Virus record (IMG/VR): IMGVR_UViG_2856626968_000003
Location: 1-64,000 of that record
DNA length: 64,000 bases
DNA from: a virus
Taxonomy: Duplodnaviria > Caudoviricetes
Reading direction: 5' to 3' (one strand)
The position numbers and the translations under genes are program-made. Below are positions 1 through 9,640 of the stretch, piece after piece (the stretch's first letter is position 1; each line of letters begins with the position of its first letter). The notes under the pieces are model-generated. The model made no database searches. It saw only the letters and a program-made list of their open reading frames with translations, and was not told where the DNA came from.

Positions 1-272
1 ATGTCCTGCGTGCCCGGGTTCGACATCGACCAGGTACCCGCCGACGCCCTGCCGGGGCTGGCCGAGCGATGCGGGGCCCTCCTTGACCAGATCGCCCTCC
101 ACCTCGCCTTTAACCACCAGGAGCTGAAGGGCGCCCGCCCGGTGATCCGGATCGGCACATCCGTCGGCGACACCTGGTCGATCTGGCATCCGCCCACTCC
201 GGAGCCTCCCGTCCCTCGCTGAACCAGACCCGCTTCCCCTCGCACGCAGACTCACCCAGGAGCACGCCGTAC

Positions 273-833
273 ATGGCCCGCAACCCCAACCAGCGGTTCA
301 TCCCGACCGCAGAGACGATCGAGAAGGAACGCCGGGCGTTGGAACTCCGCCGCGCCGGCGTCACCTTCGACGTCATCGCCGAGAAGGTCGGGTACGCCGA
401 CCGCTCGGTCGCGAAGAAAGCGATCGATCGAGCGCTGAGGCGGACGCTGCAGCCCGCAGCCGACGGACTGCGCGAACTCCAGGGGGACCGCTATGACCGG
501 CTCCTAACCGCCTTCTGGCCCAAGGCGCTGGGCGGCGACTACCACGCCGCGGATCGGGTGCTCAAGACCATGGCCGCCATCAACGAACTGTTCGGGCTCC
601 GCCACTCCGACGGCATCGCTGAACGGCAAACCCGCATGGCGGAGGAGCAGGCCGCGCAGGTCCTCGGCGTGCTCGGGCGCGTCTTCGACCGGCTGAACCT
701 GACGCCAGAGCAGCGCGCGCTGCTGGGCCGCGTGGTGCCGGAGGAACTCGCCGCGGTGGCGGCCCTCGAGGCGGATGCGGTCCTGGACGTCGAGGTCCTC
801 GACGAGGGCCAAGACGACGAGGGCGACTCATGA
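273..833 (+). CDS. Terminase small subunit-like HTH protein
   Basis: N-terminal HTH (ALELRRAGVTFDVIAEKVGY) and YDRLLTAFWPKALGGDYHAADRVLK resemble actinophage TerS; GGAG RBS upstream. Confidence 0.6.
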   Translation: MARNPNQRFIPTAETIEKERRALELRRAGVTFDVIAEKVGYADRSVAKKAIDRALRRTLQPAADGLRELQGDRYDRLLTAFWPKALGGDYHAADRVLKTMAAINELFGLRHSDGIAERQTRMAEEQAAQVLGVLGRVFDRLNLTPEQRALLGRVVPEELAAVAALEADAVLDVEVLDEGQDDEGDS

Positions 834-988
834 TCATGCCTCAGCCCGGCCACCGCTGACCACTCATCTGGCACCGCGACCTGCACGAGGCCGGCCCCGC
901 CAACGCCCTGAGGGTCGTGGCCGCCAAGGGCGCGAGCGGCCACCACGAGATCAACCGACCATCCCTATCGACCAGGAAGAACAGTCCG

Positions 989-2821
989 ATGACCACGCCC
1001 CTCATGATCGACCGCGAAGGCACCCTCGACCGCGACGACGCCATCCACGTCCAACCCGACAGCCACGGCGGCTGGTACCTCACCGTGCACATCGCCAACG
1101 TCGCCGCCGCCCTCCAAGACGGCAGCACCTACGACACCCAGGCCCGTCACCGCGGCCACACCGTCTACGGCCCGACCTGGACTCGCAGCATGCTCCCCAA
1201 GGAGCTCGAACAGCAGCTCACCCTGCACGAGCACCGGCCCAATGCCACCCTCGCCATCACCCTGACCATCCGCGCCGACGGCACCGTCGAAGACACCTGG
1301 ATCACCCGCGACACCCTGCGCGCCCCGGTCGCCATGTCCTACGACCTCGTCCCCGCTGCCCTGGCCGACTACGCCCACCCACATCACACGACGCTCAGCC
1401 TCGCCGCACACCTCGCCACCACGCTGCTGAGCAAGCGCCGCGCCGACGGCGCGCTCGCCGTCTACGACCTCATCCGGGGCTGGGCCACCAACGACGACGG
1501 ACAGCTCATCAGGGTCGACGCCCCCGAACGCAACATCGGCTACATCATCGTCCAGGAGGCCATGATTGCTGCCAACGCGGCGCTCGCCGCCTGGGCCATT
1601 GAGCGCGACGTGCCGATCCTGTTCCGCAACCACACCGCCGCGGCCGCCACGCCACCCGTGCGCGATCTCGCCGCCGACCTCGACCACGTGATCGCCAGCG
1701 GCGTCACCAGCGCCTTCGAAGCGACACAGCGACGCCTGGCGCTGGTGATGCGGCCCGCCCTCTACGAATCGACCGTGCGCGGCCACTACGCGCTCACCCT
1801 CCCCGCCTACAGCCACGCCACCTCGCCCCTGCGCCGCTACGCCGACCTCGTCACCCAACGGCAAATCATCGCCGCCCTCGACGGCCGCACCCCGCCGTAC
1901 ACCACAGGCGACCTCGACCAGATCGCCGACGAGCTCAACACCGCCGCCCGTGAACGACGTGAACGTCGCAGCCAGGCGCTCAAGGACCGCGCCCACACCG
2001 CGGCCCGCACGAAGGCCGCGACCGCCGACGACCTCGCCGACCTCACCCCCGCCCAGTTCGCCCCCGTCCTGAAACGCGCCTGCAAGGAGGGTGCCTACTC
2101 CGACGACCTCGCCGCCGAGGTCATCCGCCGCAGCCACGCCGACGAGCTCGCGCTGCTCGACCAGCACATGGTGCTGTCGGTGGCCACCGACCCGAGGTGG
2201 GCGCCCGCGCGGCGGGTACTGCTCGACCACGTCGCCGCCGACCCCCAGGACGCCGTCAGCCTCCTGAACATGCGCTCCCAGCAGCACCGCTGCACGCCGG
2301 TCTCCTTCACCACCACCGTGCAGGAAGGCCCGCCGCCGCTGTTCACCGCGTTCGCCACGATGCAGCTCGACAACGGCAGCGCCTGGGGAGCCGGCCGCCG
2401 TGCCCCGGTGAAGAAGCTCGCCCAGCAGCTTGCCGCCACCAGCCTCCTGGCGGCGCTCGCCGGCGTCGACGACCCCACCGGGGACATCATCCCCTCCGAG
2501 TCGACCCCCGCCGAGGACCCCTTTCTATCCCCTGGCCTTCCGCCGGCACCGCCGCCCGGCCAGCATCCGGTGAGTTCCCTCACCGAGTACACGCACAAGG
2601 GGTACGCCTCTGACACCCAGTGGGACGTCAAGCGCACCGGGCCCGACCACGCGCCGAAGTTCACCGCGTGGGTCACCGCCACGATCCGCGGCCGCGGCGA
2701 GCTGACCGCGTCCGGACAGGCCGGGTCGAAGGCGGGGGCCCGCGAGCGCGCGGCCGCCGCGCTGCTTGAGCAGATCCACGCCGCTCCCCTTCCGCAGGTG
2801 GAGGTCTCCGATGTCGCCTAG
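989..2821 (+). CDS. RNase II/R-family (RNB) exoribonuclease fused to C-terminal dsRNA-binding domains
   Basis: Catalytic IDREGTLDRDDA, VHIANV, HATSPLRRYADL motifs; dsRBD-like PVSSLTEY...GPDHAPKFTA...GSKAGARERAA plus a second degenerate copy (AVSLLN...KKLAQQLAA). Confidence 0.85.
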   Translation: MTTPLMIDREGTLDRDDAIHVQPDSHGGWYLTVHIANVAAALQDGSTYDTQARHRGHTVYGPTWTRSMLPKELEQQLTLHEHRPNATLAITLTIRADGTVEDTWITRDTLRAPVAMSYDLVPAALADYAHPHHTTLSLAAHLATTLLSKRRADGALAVYDLIRGWATNDDGQLIRVDAPERNIGYIIVQEAMIAANAALAAWAIERDVPILFRNHTAAAATPPVRDLAADLDHVIASGVTSAFEATQRRLALVMRPALYESTVRGHYALTLPAYSHATSPLRRYADLVTQRQIIAALDGRTPPYTTGDLDQIADELNTAARERRERRSQALKDRAHTAARTKAATADDLADLTPAQFAPVLKRACKEGAYSDDLAAEVIRRSHADELALLDQHMVLSVATDPRWAPARRVLLDHVAADPQDAVSLLNMRSQQHRCTPVSFTTTVQEGPPPLFTAFATMQLDNGSAWGAGRRAPVKKLAQQLAATSLLAALAGVDDPTGDIIPSESTPAEDPFLSPGLPPAPPPGQHPVSSLTEYTHKGYASDTQWDVKRTGPDHAPKFTAWVTATIRGRGELTASGQAGSKAGARERAAAALLEQIHAAPLPQVEVSDVA

Positions 2822-3740
2822 CCGTGCCAAGATCCTCACTTCGCCGCTCCCGCTCGCTGTGCCCTGCGGCGCCTGCTCGGTCTGTGCAGGCCGCGTCCCC
2901 GGCACCACCGAGTGCCTCAACGCCGACCCCGCCCGCCACCAGGAAGCCGTCCAGGTCGCCCTCGCCAACATTCAGCACCTCGCCCACGCCTGGCACGGCG
3001 ACGCCGCCGAGCGCGCAGCTGCGGCCACCGATCCCGCCGAGCAGCAGTCTTGGCAGACCGCCGCCCAGACTTGCAGCAATATCCTCGCCGCGTACACCAC
3101 GCCCGGCGCCGGCGCCACCGGATGCCCGCACTGCCCCGACGGCCACGCCCGCCCCCTGTCCCGCTCTTGGGGCGTCTACGTCGCGCCCACCCGCGACGGC
3201 GACGGCCAGCCCACCACCATCCACATCGCACGCTCCGACGGTTCCCATGTCGCCGCATCCGACGCCGAATGGATCCGCCGCCTGATCGACGGCGACCAGA
3301 CCTCCGCCGCACAGATCATCGACGAGCTCCTCGCCCCGTTGAACGCGCAGATCACCGTCGCAGAGTACGAGCAGCGCCAGGCCGTCGAGCGAGCCAACGC
3401 CGCGTACGCCACACTCGCCCAGGCGCGGTACGCGGCGGGCCGCCTGACCGCCGTCCTGATCGCCGTGGCCGACCGGCTCGACCAGCCATACACCAACGCG
3501 CCCGAGCAGACGCCATGGACCCGGTCCGTGAAGCCCGCGCTGAACGCGCTCAAGACCGCGCTCAGCGGGGCCGGCCTCGCGCCGGAAAGCGATGCGGAGG
3601 CCGCCGTCGCACGGGTCCGCGAGTGGGCCGAGGTCCTACGCACCCAGAGCCCTGACGGGCTCGGCGGACACTTCCACGCCACCCTGCTGCAGCTCCTCGT
3701 CCAGCCGCCCGCCCAGCAGACCGGAGACAGCGATGACTGA
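2811..3740 (+). CDS. Hypothetical phage protein (CxxC motifs, mosaic)
   Basis: Overlaps the RNB stop codon; GGAGG RBS; GC3-rich frame. Confidence 0.7.
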   Translation: MSPSRAKILTSPLPLAVPCGACSVCAGRVPGTTECLNADPARHQEAVQVALANIQHLAHAWHGDAAERAAAATDPAEQQSWQTAAQTCSNILAAYTTPGAGATGCPHCPDGHARPLSRSWGVYVAPTRDGDGQPTTIHIARSDGSHVAASDAEWIRRLIDGDQTSAAQIIDELLAPLNAQITVAEYEQRQAVERANAAYATLAQARYAAGRLTAVLIAVADRLDQPYTNAPEQTPWTRSVKPALNALKTALSGAGLAPESDAEAAVARVREWAEVLRTQSPDGLGGHFHATLLQLLVQPPAQQTGDSDD

Positions 3741-4209
3741 CCACCGAATCCTCGGTTTCCACGACGGCGGCGACGGCGAGTGGGGTGTCGTCTCGGTGGA
3801 GCGCGGTGACGGCGCCCGCGCCTTCCGCCGCCACCCCTGCGCCGGGATCACCCCCTGCCCTTGGCGGCGTGACGCCCCAACCGGGACCTTCCCACCCGAA
3901 GTCTTCCGGCACAGCGCCCGCACCACCTACGACCTGGCGACACACACCTTCGGCTGCCACGCGAGCGGTCGAGACGCCCCCACCACCTGCGCCGGATTCC
4001 TGCTCCGCGGCGCCAGCGACAACCTCGCGGTCCGCATGAGCTACGCCAGGTACTTCGGAGTGCATACCACCGTCGAGCTGTACGACGGCTACCAGGAGAT
4101 GGCCATCGCCAACGGCGTCCACCCCGACGACCCAGCCTTGGTCCTCTGCCGGGGCGATCGGCCGATGGAGTACCCGCCCGCCGTGCAGGCCGGAGGCGGC
4201 GATGGCTGA
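3733..4209 (+). CDS. DUF6283-like Cys-rich protein
   Basis: PC...CPWRRDA...FGCH...TCAGFLL pattern. Confidence 0.65.
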   Translation: MTDHRILGFHDGGDGEWGVVSVERGDGARAFRRHPCAGITPCPWRRDAPTGTFPPEVFRHSARTTYDLATHTFGCHASGRDAPTTCAGFLLRGASDNLAVRMSYARYFGVHTTVELYDGYQEMAIANGVHPDDPALVLCRGDRPMEYPPAVQAGGGDG

Positions 4210-4582
4210 TCAGACGGCCCGCACCCCCAGCAGCCACCCCGAGACGCCCAGCCGCGGCCTAGCGGCGGTCGCCGTGATCGACGACCCCACGCGGCCCAAG
4301 GTCATCTGCCTTGACTGCGAACACCTGCGCGCCCACGACGGCCGAGGGCTCTGCCACTACTGCTACGGCGCCCACCAGTACGCGGGCACGCTCGACCAGT
4401 ACCCCGTCCTGCGCACCTCGGTGAACCACCAGGCCCGTATGGAGTCCTTCGCCGAGATGTACCTCCGCCGCCCCCGGCCGACGCTCAAGGAGCTGGCAGC
4501 CGAACTGGGCGTGGGCGTGCGCTCCATCGAGCGCTACCGCGCGGCCTACCTCCGCCAGCACGCCCAGGCGGTGAAACCGTGA
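4202..4582 (+). CDS. Zn-finger plus HTH DNA-binding protein
   Basis: CLDC...GRGLCHYCY and C-terminal TLKELAAELGVGVRSIERYR. Confidence 0.7.
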   Translation: MADQTARTPSSHPETPSRGLAAVAVIDDPTRPKVICLDCEHLRAHDGRGLCHYCYGAHQYAGTLDQYPVLRTSVNHQARMESFAEMYLRRPRPTLKELAAELGVGVRSIERYRAAYLRQHAQAVKP

Positions 4583-5145
4583 ACCCCTCACGCGGCCTCC
4601 CACCCGCTCCCCGGCCTGAGGCTCCCATGGTCGATCGCACGAGCTCCCCCGCCCGCACCCTGCTGACCCGCGCCACAGCGAGCGTCCTATCCGCGCTGCT
4701 CGCTTCACCCGACAGGGCCCTCTACGGGCTGCAGCTCCTCCGCGCCACCGGCCTCAAGAGCGGCACTCTCTACCCGATGCTCCACCGCCTGCAGGCCCGC
4801 GGCTGGCTGTCCTCCCACCTGGAGGACGCCGACCCCGAGGACGAAGGCCGGCTACGGCGCCGCTACTACCAGCTCACCCCCGCCGGCGCCGAGCTCGCCC
4901 GTACCCGCCTGGCAGACCTGCCCGCCCACCGGCACCCGGCCATCCCGGACCGCCAGGTATACCCGCGCCCAGACGCCAGCACAGCGGCCGAGCACGTGGC
5001 CACCGCCTGGCGCGACGCCGCCCTGCAACGCGGAGATGCCGCCACCGACCCGGCCGACCAGGCGAAGTGGCGCGCGGTCGGCCACGTCTGCGCCAACATC
5101 CTCGCCGCCCTCCAGGGCGCCGACCCCAAGGAACTGCTGCCATGA
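4579..5145 (+). CDS. PadR-family winged-helix regulator
   Basis: YGLQLLRATGLKSGTLYPMLHRL...RRRYYQLT. Confidence 0.85.
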   Translation: MNPSRGLPPAPRPEAPMVDRTSSPARTLLTRATASVLSALLASPDRALYGLQLLRATGLKSGTLYPMLHRLQARGWLSSHLEDADPEDEGRLRRRYYQLTPAGAELARTRLADLPAHRHPAIPDRQVYPRPDASTAAEHVATAWRDAALQRGDAATDPADQAKWRAVGHVCANILAALQGADPKELLP

Positions 5146-5375
5146 CCTTCCGCACGCCCCGCCGCCCCGACCCCTTCCGCATGCTCGCGACCACGTTCAC
5201 CCTGCTCGCGCTCTGCGCCGCCGTTCAGCTCGTGATCTGGCTCATCGGCGGGGCTGTGCTCCGAACCTACGCCGATCTCCATCTCGGCCTGGTGCTGCTC
5301 GTGCTGGCCGGCGTCGTCGGGTTCGCCGTGGACCACTGGCGCGCCCGGCGCCGGTTCAGGCGGGGGCGCCGATGA
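5142..5375 (+). CDS. Small membrane protein (2 TM)
   Basis: Two hydrophobic segments; ATGA coupling. Confidence 0.65.
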   Translation: MTFRTPRRPDPFRMLATTFTLLALCAAVQLVIWLIGGAVLRTYADLHLGLVLLVLAGVVGFAVDHWRARRRFRRGRR

Positions 5376-5572
5376 AACGCCGGCACACCAAGGACCTCAG
5401 GCTGGACCAGCAGCAGCGGCCCGGCGAGAGCTGGGGCCAATGGATCCACCGTCTCTTCCCCAAGCAGTGCGCAGCCGCCGAGCTTCGCCTGACGCGCAGC
5501 GAGCTGCTCTATCGATGGCCCCGCGTGAACGTCGTGAAGGCCACCTACCGCCGTCGGAGGAGGGCCCGATGA
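5372..5572 (+). CDS. Hypothetical protein
   Basis: ATGA-coupled on both sides. Confidence 0.55.
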   Translation: MKRRHTKDLRLDQQQRPGESWGQWIHRLFPKQCAAAELRLTRSELLYRWPRVNVVKATYRRRRRAR

Positions 5573-5853
5573 CCTGGGTACGCCGCGCCACCCCACAGTC
5601 GCACCGCTGCAAGGCCCCCAACGACGGTCATCGCGGCAACCCCACCGGGCAAAGCGGCGACCTGTGGCGATGCGACGAGTGCCACGCCCTATGGCGGATC
5701 GGCCACGCCTGTGACGCCTGCGACCGCTACAGCACGCCTCATCCCGGCGCCCACGCCGTCGGCCTCGCCTGGCGCCCCGCGCGGTGGTGGCAGCGGCTCC
5801 GATACCACCGAACGGGATACCCCCAGCTCAGGAAGGACAACACCGCCCCGTGA
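5569..5853 (+). CDS. Hypothetical Cys-rich protein
   Basis: GDLWRCDECH, CDAC; coupled start. Confidence 0.6.
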   Translation: MTWVRRATPQSHRCKAPNDGHRGNPTGQSGDLWRCDECHALWRIGHACDACDRYSTPHPGAHAVGLAWRPARWWQRLRYHRTGYPQLRKDNTAP

Positions 5854-7442
5854 CCACCCCCACACGCACACCGGCCGAGATCATCGCGTCAGTCTTCGCC
5901 CTCACAGACGATCCCCCTGGTCCCGTCGAGCTCGCCTGGCCCCGCGAAATTCTGCGCGCCCTGGCGGCCAGCGGCTACGCCGTCGTTCAACTGCACCCCG
6001 ACGCCACGATCCCGGCCGAGGCGCTCGCAGCCGCCGCCGAGGCCCTCGGGGTCGAGGCCAGCAACGTCACCCACTCCTGGTCCGTTGTGGTCAAGGTCGC
6101 CGTGGCGGCCGCAGCGCCGTACATCACCGCGCAGGCCCGCGCCCAGCAGCATCGCTGCGACAACTGCGACGGCATCGACCCGGCCAGCTGCCTGAACGCC
6201 ACGCCCGCGGAGCGCCCCGCAACCGCCCCAGAACTCGGCGCTCTCCGCGATCTCATCGCCCAGGCCATCCAGGCCGAGTGGAACGGGCACGCCGTCGTCT
6301 GCGAACACACCCAGCTGATCCCGTTCGGCGCGCTCGCCGACACCGTCATGGACACGCTGCGCACGCACGCCTCGATACCACTCCGCTGCCAGGAACTGAA
6401 CCACGAGGCACGCCTGACCAACGCCGAAGAACGCCTCGCCGCCACCGCGGCCCTATGCCTCGGCCAGCCCGCGCGCGAGGCCGCACGGATCCGCGCCGCG
6501 CGCGCCGACGGCCCGGCCCGGCCGAACCTGGACGACGCCACCCCGTCCGGCCGGTGCCGGCACGACGTCGAACACGGGCCCTGCGACGGCGACTCGGTCG
6601 AGTGCACCACTGACGCCGCTCGCGGCCAGATTGAACTCGCTCAGCAGCAGCGCCGCAGATGGTACGCCGAGGCGCTCGCCGCGAAGTTCACCGAGCCTAC
6701 CTCCCGCTACGACCGGATGACGGACACCGAGACGGTTGAAGGCGCAACCCCGGCTGAGCGTGTTGATCGCCAGATGCGGGTCAGGTTCCTCGCGGGCGAT
6801 GGACACCCGTCCTTCACGGGAGTCACCTGCACGGAGGCGGCCGAGGTGTGCGCCGCCGTACGCGACGACGCACTCGCCGAACTCCGCGCCCAGGCCGCCT
6901 TCGAAAAGCACCGGGGCGACACCTTCGCCGGAGACCTGCAGTTCCTCGAACTCCAGCACCGAGGGTGGAAGGCCCTCGCCGAACAGGCCGAGGCCACCCT
7001 CAAGGGGACCACCCACGAGCGTGACCTCCTCCGTGCCGCGCTCGCCAGGGTCATCGCCCTGGCCAAGGACATGCGCGACTGGTGTTCCCCGTACGGCGTT
7101 GTCCGCGCCTACTCCGACCGCATCGCCGAGGCCGTCCTCGGCGCGCCCTACCCGCACCGCCCAGGCGAAGCCATCGCCAAGCTCGAGGGAGACCTGGCGG
7201 CCGCGCTCCAGGGCTCCGCCGACGACTGGCGGCAGGAGGCGGCCGACACCAGCGACCGGCTCGTCCGCGCCTACGAGCTGCTTGCCGAGATCCTCGCCGT
7301 GTTTCCCCCGATCAACGGCCGGTTCAGCATCCCTGTCACGTACAGCGCATCGGTCGCTGGCAACGACCTCGAACGATGGCGCACGGAGCACCTCAAGCTC
7401 CTCGCCGCCAGCAACCGCACCCCGGAGGGGGGCCGATCATGA
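5850..7442 (+). CDS. Large mosaic hypothetical phage protein
   Basis: Long GC3-rich frame; GTGA/ATGA coupling. Confidence 0.7.
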   Translation: MTTPTRTPAEIIASVFALTDDPPGPVELAWPREILRALAASGYAVVQLHPDATIPAEALAAAAEALGVEASNVTHSWSVVVKVAVAAAAPYITAQARAQQHRCDNCDGIDPASCLNATPAERPATAPELGALRDLIAQAIQAEWNGHAVVCEHTQLIPFGALADTVMDTLRTHASIPLRCQELNHEARLTNAEERLAATAALCLGQPAREAARIRAARADGPARPNLDDATPSGRCRHDVEHGPCDGDSVECTTDAARGQIELAQQQRRRWYAEALAAKFTEPTSRYDRMTDTETVEGATPAERVDRQMRVRFLAGDGHPSFTGVTCTEAAEVCAAVRDDALAELRAQAAFEKHRGDTFAGDLQFLELQHRGWKALAEQAEATLKGTTHERDLLRAALARVIALAKDMRDWCSPYGVVRAYSDRIAEAVLGAPYPHRPGEAIAKLEGDLAAALQGSADDWRQEAADTSDRLVRAYELLAEILAVFPPINGRFSIPVTYSASVAGNDLERWRTEHLKLLAASNRTPEGGRS

Positions 7443-7675
7443 ATGACCTTCCCCGCGCCTTAGCGAGCATCGCCGCCGACCTCGCCGAGCACGACCAGCT
7501 CACCACCGACCTCGGCCAGGACCCCTCCGACTACGTCGAGGTCCGGCGCGAGGACCTGGCCACGATCGTCGCGGCCGCCGAGCGCCACCAGAACGGCCAC
7601 CGCCGCGGCTGGATCAACCTCGGCCCCGGCGGGCTCGCCAAACTCCGCGACCACCTGGAGACAAACCATGGATGA
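7439..7675 (+). CDS. Hypothetical protein
   Basis: Coupled start; GGAGG RBS. Confidence 0.6.
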   Translation: MNDLPRALASIAADLAEHDQLTTDLGQDPSDYVEVRREDLATIVAAAERHQNGHRRGWINLGPGGLAKLRDHLETNHG

Positions 7676-8237
7676 GGCGACCCACGAGTGCGCCGCCCGC
7701 AGCTGCAACGTGCGGATCCCGGCGAGCAAGCTCATGTGCGCGAAGGACTGGGCCCTGGTGCCTGAGCACGTCCAGCGCAGCGTCAACCGGACCTACCGCG
7801 CCCGCCCGAGGGACTGGGCCGCGTACGCGGTCGCCGTCCGCGACGCGCAGGACGCCGTCGACGCCACCACCTACCCTGCCACGCTCCTGCAAGCGGCCAA
7901 GATCCTCCGATCCCGGGCCGAAGCGGCCGGCGGCCAGCCGTGGGAAGCCGCCCACTTCCCCGAGGGCACCATCGTCCGCCCCGCCGGGAGCATGGTCAGC
8001 CTCTTCCGCCTGCACGCCACCGGCCCGCAGCGCCCCTGGGGCACGCCGTACGTCACGCCAGAGATCGGCGACTTCCTCGCCACCATGCATCCCGGACTGG
8101 CCAGCCTGTTCGCCGACCTCCTCGAGGAGGCCGCCGCGACCGCCACGGCCAACCTGCAGAACACGCGCCACCACCCGCGCGACGTCACCAAGGCCGTGGC
8201 CGCGGCCCACCAGATCACCGGAGACGACCATGCGTAG
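7668..8237 (+). CDS. Hypothetical protein with N-terminal Zn finger
   Basis: HECAARSC...LMCAKDW. Confidence 0.65.
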   Translation: MDEATHECAARSCNVRIPASKLMCAKDWALVPEHVQRSVNRTYRARPRDWAAYAVAVRDAQDAVDATTYPATLLQAAKILRSRAEAAGGQPWEAAHFPEGTIVRPAGSMVSLFRLHATGPQRPWGTPYVTPEIGDFLATMHPGLASLFADLLEEAAATATANLQNTRHHPRDVTKAVAAAHQITGDDHA

Positions 8238-8523
8238 GCACACCCTGGACGGAATCAGAGCGACGCGGGCCATGCGCCGTGTCCTGCTGGTCCTCCTGAC
8301 CGACGCCGCCAACCTCGGCGGCTTCACGATCACAAAAGCCGCCGGCGTCGGAGCGGGCTCCACTTACGTCTGCCTCGACCGACTGGAGGAACGCGCCTGG
8401 GTGACCGGCGAATTCGCCGACGGACCGTACCCCCGGCGCCGCTTCTACCGACTCACCCCCGCCGGCTGGAAGTACAGCCACCAGCTCCTCGGCCTCATCC
8501 CCTCAGAGGTGCGACGTGGCTGA
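8230..8523 (+). CDS. PadR-like winged-helix protein
   Basis: GSTYVCLDRLEE...PRRRFYRLTPAG. Confidence 0.75.
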   Translation: MRRHTLDGIRATRAMRRVLLVLLTDAANLGGFTITKAAGVGAGSTYVCLDRLEERAWVTGEFADGPYPRRRFYRLTPAGWKYSHQLLGLIPSEVRRG

Positions 8524-8959
8524 ACGCCTCCCGCCCATCGCGCGCCCCGCGATCCTCCTCCTAGGCGGCAACGCCGTGATCGTCCACGGGATCCTCGCCC
8601 ACTTCGCCATCCGCACCGACCACCCGATCATGGCCGCGTACTGCATCATCGCCGGCGCTGGCCTCGGCCTGACAGCGGCGGCCGCTCTGCGCAGCCGACC
8701 GCGCGCATCATCACCCGAGCAGCCGACCGGCTCGCTGCCCGACGACCTGGACGTACTGGCCGAGTCCATCATCCGTACCGCCGAGCGCAACGCCCTGGCC
8801 CTGCGCGAACCCGCCGCCGACCTGGCCTATGCCTACCACCGGCTCGGCAGCGCGCAACGCCACCGGCTGCGCGCCGATCACCCGGACCTGCACTCGGCCA
8901 TGGCGCAGATCGCGACCCACTTCGAACCCCGAGGAAGGAAAGGCAACACCCAGCGATGA
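8516..8959 (+). CDS. Membrane protein
   Basis: Two N-terminal hydrophobic helices. Confidence 0.6.
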   Translation: MAERLPPIARPAILLLGGNAVIVHGILAHFAIRTDHPIMAAYCIIAGAGLGLTAAAALRSRPRASSPEQPTGSLPDDLDVLAESIIRTAERNALALREPAADLAYAYHRLGSAQRHRLRADHPDLHSAMAQIATHFEPRGRKGNTQR

Positions 8960-9252
8960 CCACCTCGTACAAGCAGATGTTCCGGTACGCCGTGCCGATC
9001 GACGACAACCCCCATCTCCTCCGGCTCGCCGCCGACCCGGTGAAGGTCGCCACGTGCACCATCGGCACGATGACGCCGGGCGTGGAGTTCTGGGCCGAGT
9101 GGCGCCACGACGTCCAACTCGCCGAGCGCACCTTCCAGGTGTTCGGCACCGGACACCCCGTGCCCGTCAACGCCATTCATCGCGGCACCGCCGAACGCGA
9201 CATGCACGGTCTGGTCTGGCACCTCTACGAACTGGAGCCGAACCGTGGCTGA
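8956..9252 (+). CDS. Conserved small phage protein
   Basis: FRYAVPID...FGTGHPVP...GTA...LVWHLYE pattern seen in phage proteins. Confidence 0.65.
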   Translation: MTTSYKQMFRYAVPIDDNPHLLRLAADPVKVATCTIGTMTPGVEFWAEWRHDVQLAERTFQVFGTGHPVPVNAIHRGTAERDMHGLVWHLYELEPNRG

Positions 9253-9640
9253 CCAGCCGTACACCAACCCCAAGCCGCTCCCTGCCACTGCTGCCGCCAT
9301 GCGCCAGGTCGAGGAGATCCTCACCAAGGCCGGATACGACCCCGCCGACATTTACTACCGGGTCGACCACGATCCCCTGCTCCTCAGAATGCCCACCAGA
9401 ATGCCCCGCGACGAGGCCCACCAGCACCTCACGCGTTACGCCGCGGCCCTCATCGCCGCAGGCCTCGGCGTGGCCACCTGCGGCCGAGGGGAGCACACCG
9501 AGCGGCTCATCGTCGCCGGCGATCAAGCCACGGCCGACCAGCATGCACCTCACATCCAGGCCGACCTACGTCCGCTGGTCGCGCCCCTCGCGGCACCCCA
9601 ACGAGAGAACAAGGGCCCTGAAGGAGCGCAGCATGGTTGA
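9245..9640 (+). CDS. Hypothetical protein
   Basis: Operonic ORF with RBS. Confidence 0.55.
   Translation: MADQPYTNPKPLPATAAAMRQVEEILTKAGYDPADIYYRVDHDPLLLRMPTRMPRDEAHQHLTRYAAALIAAGLGVATCGRGEHTERLIVAGDQATADQHAPHIQADLRPLVAPLAAPQRENKGPEGAQHG

Noticed and set aside
1-222. ORF at the window start
   Set aside because: Probably the truncated 3' end of a gene; no recognisable motif, so no product call was made
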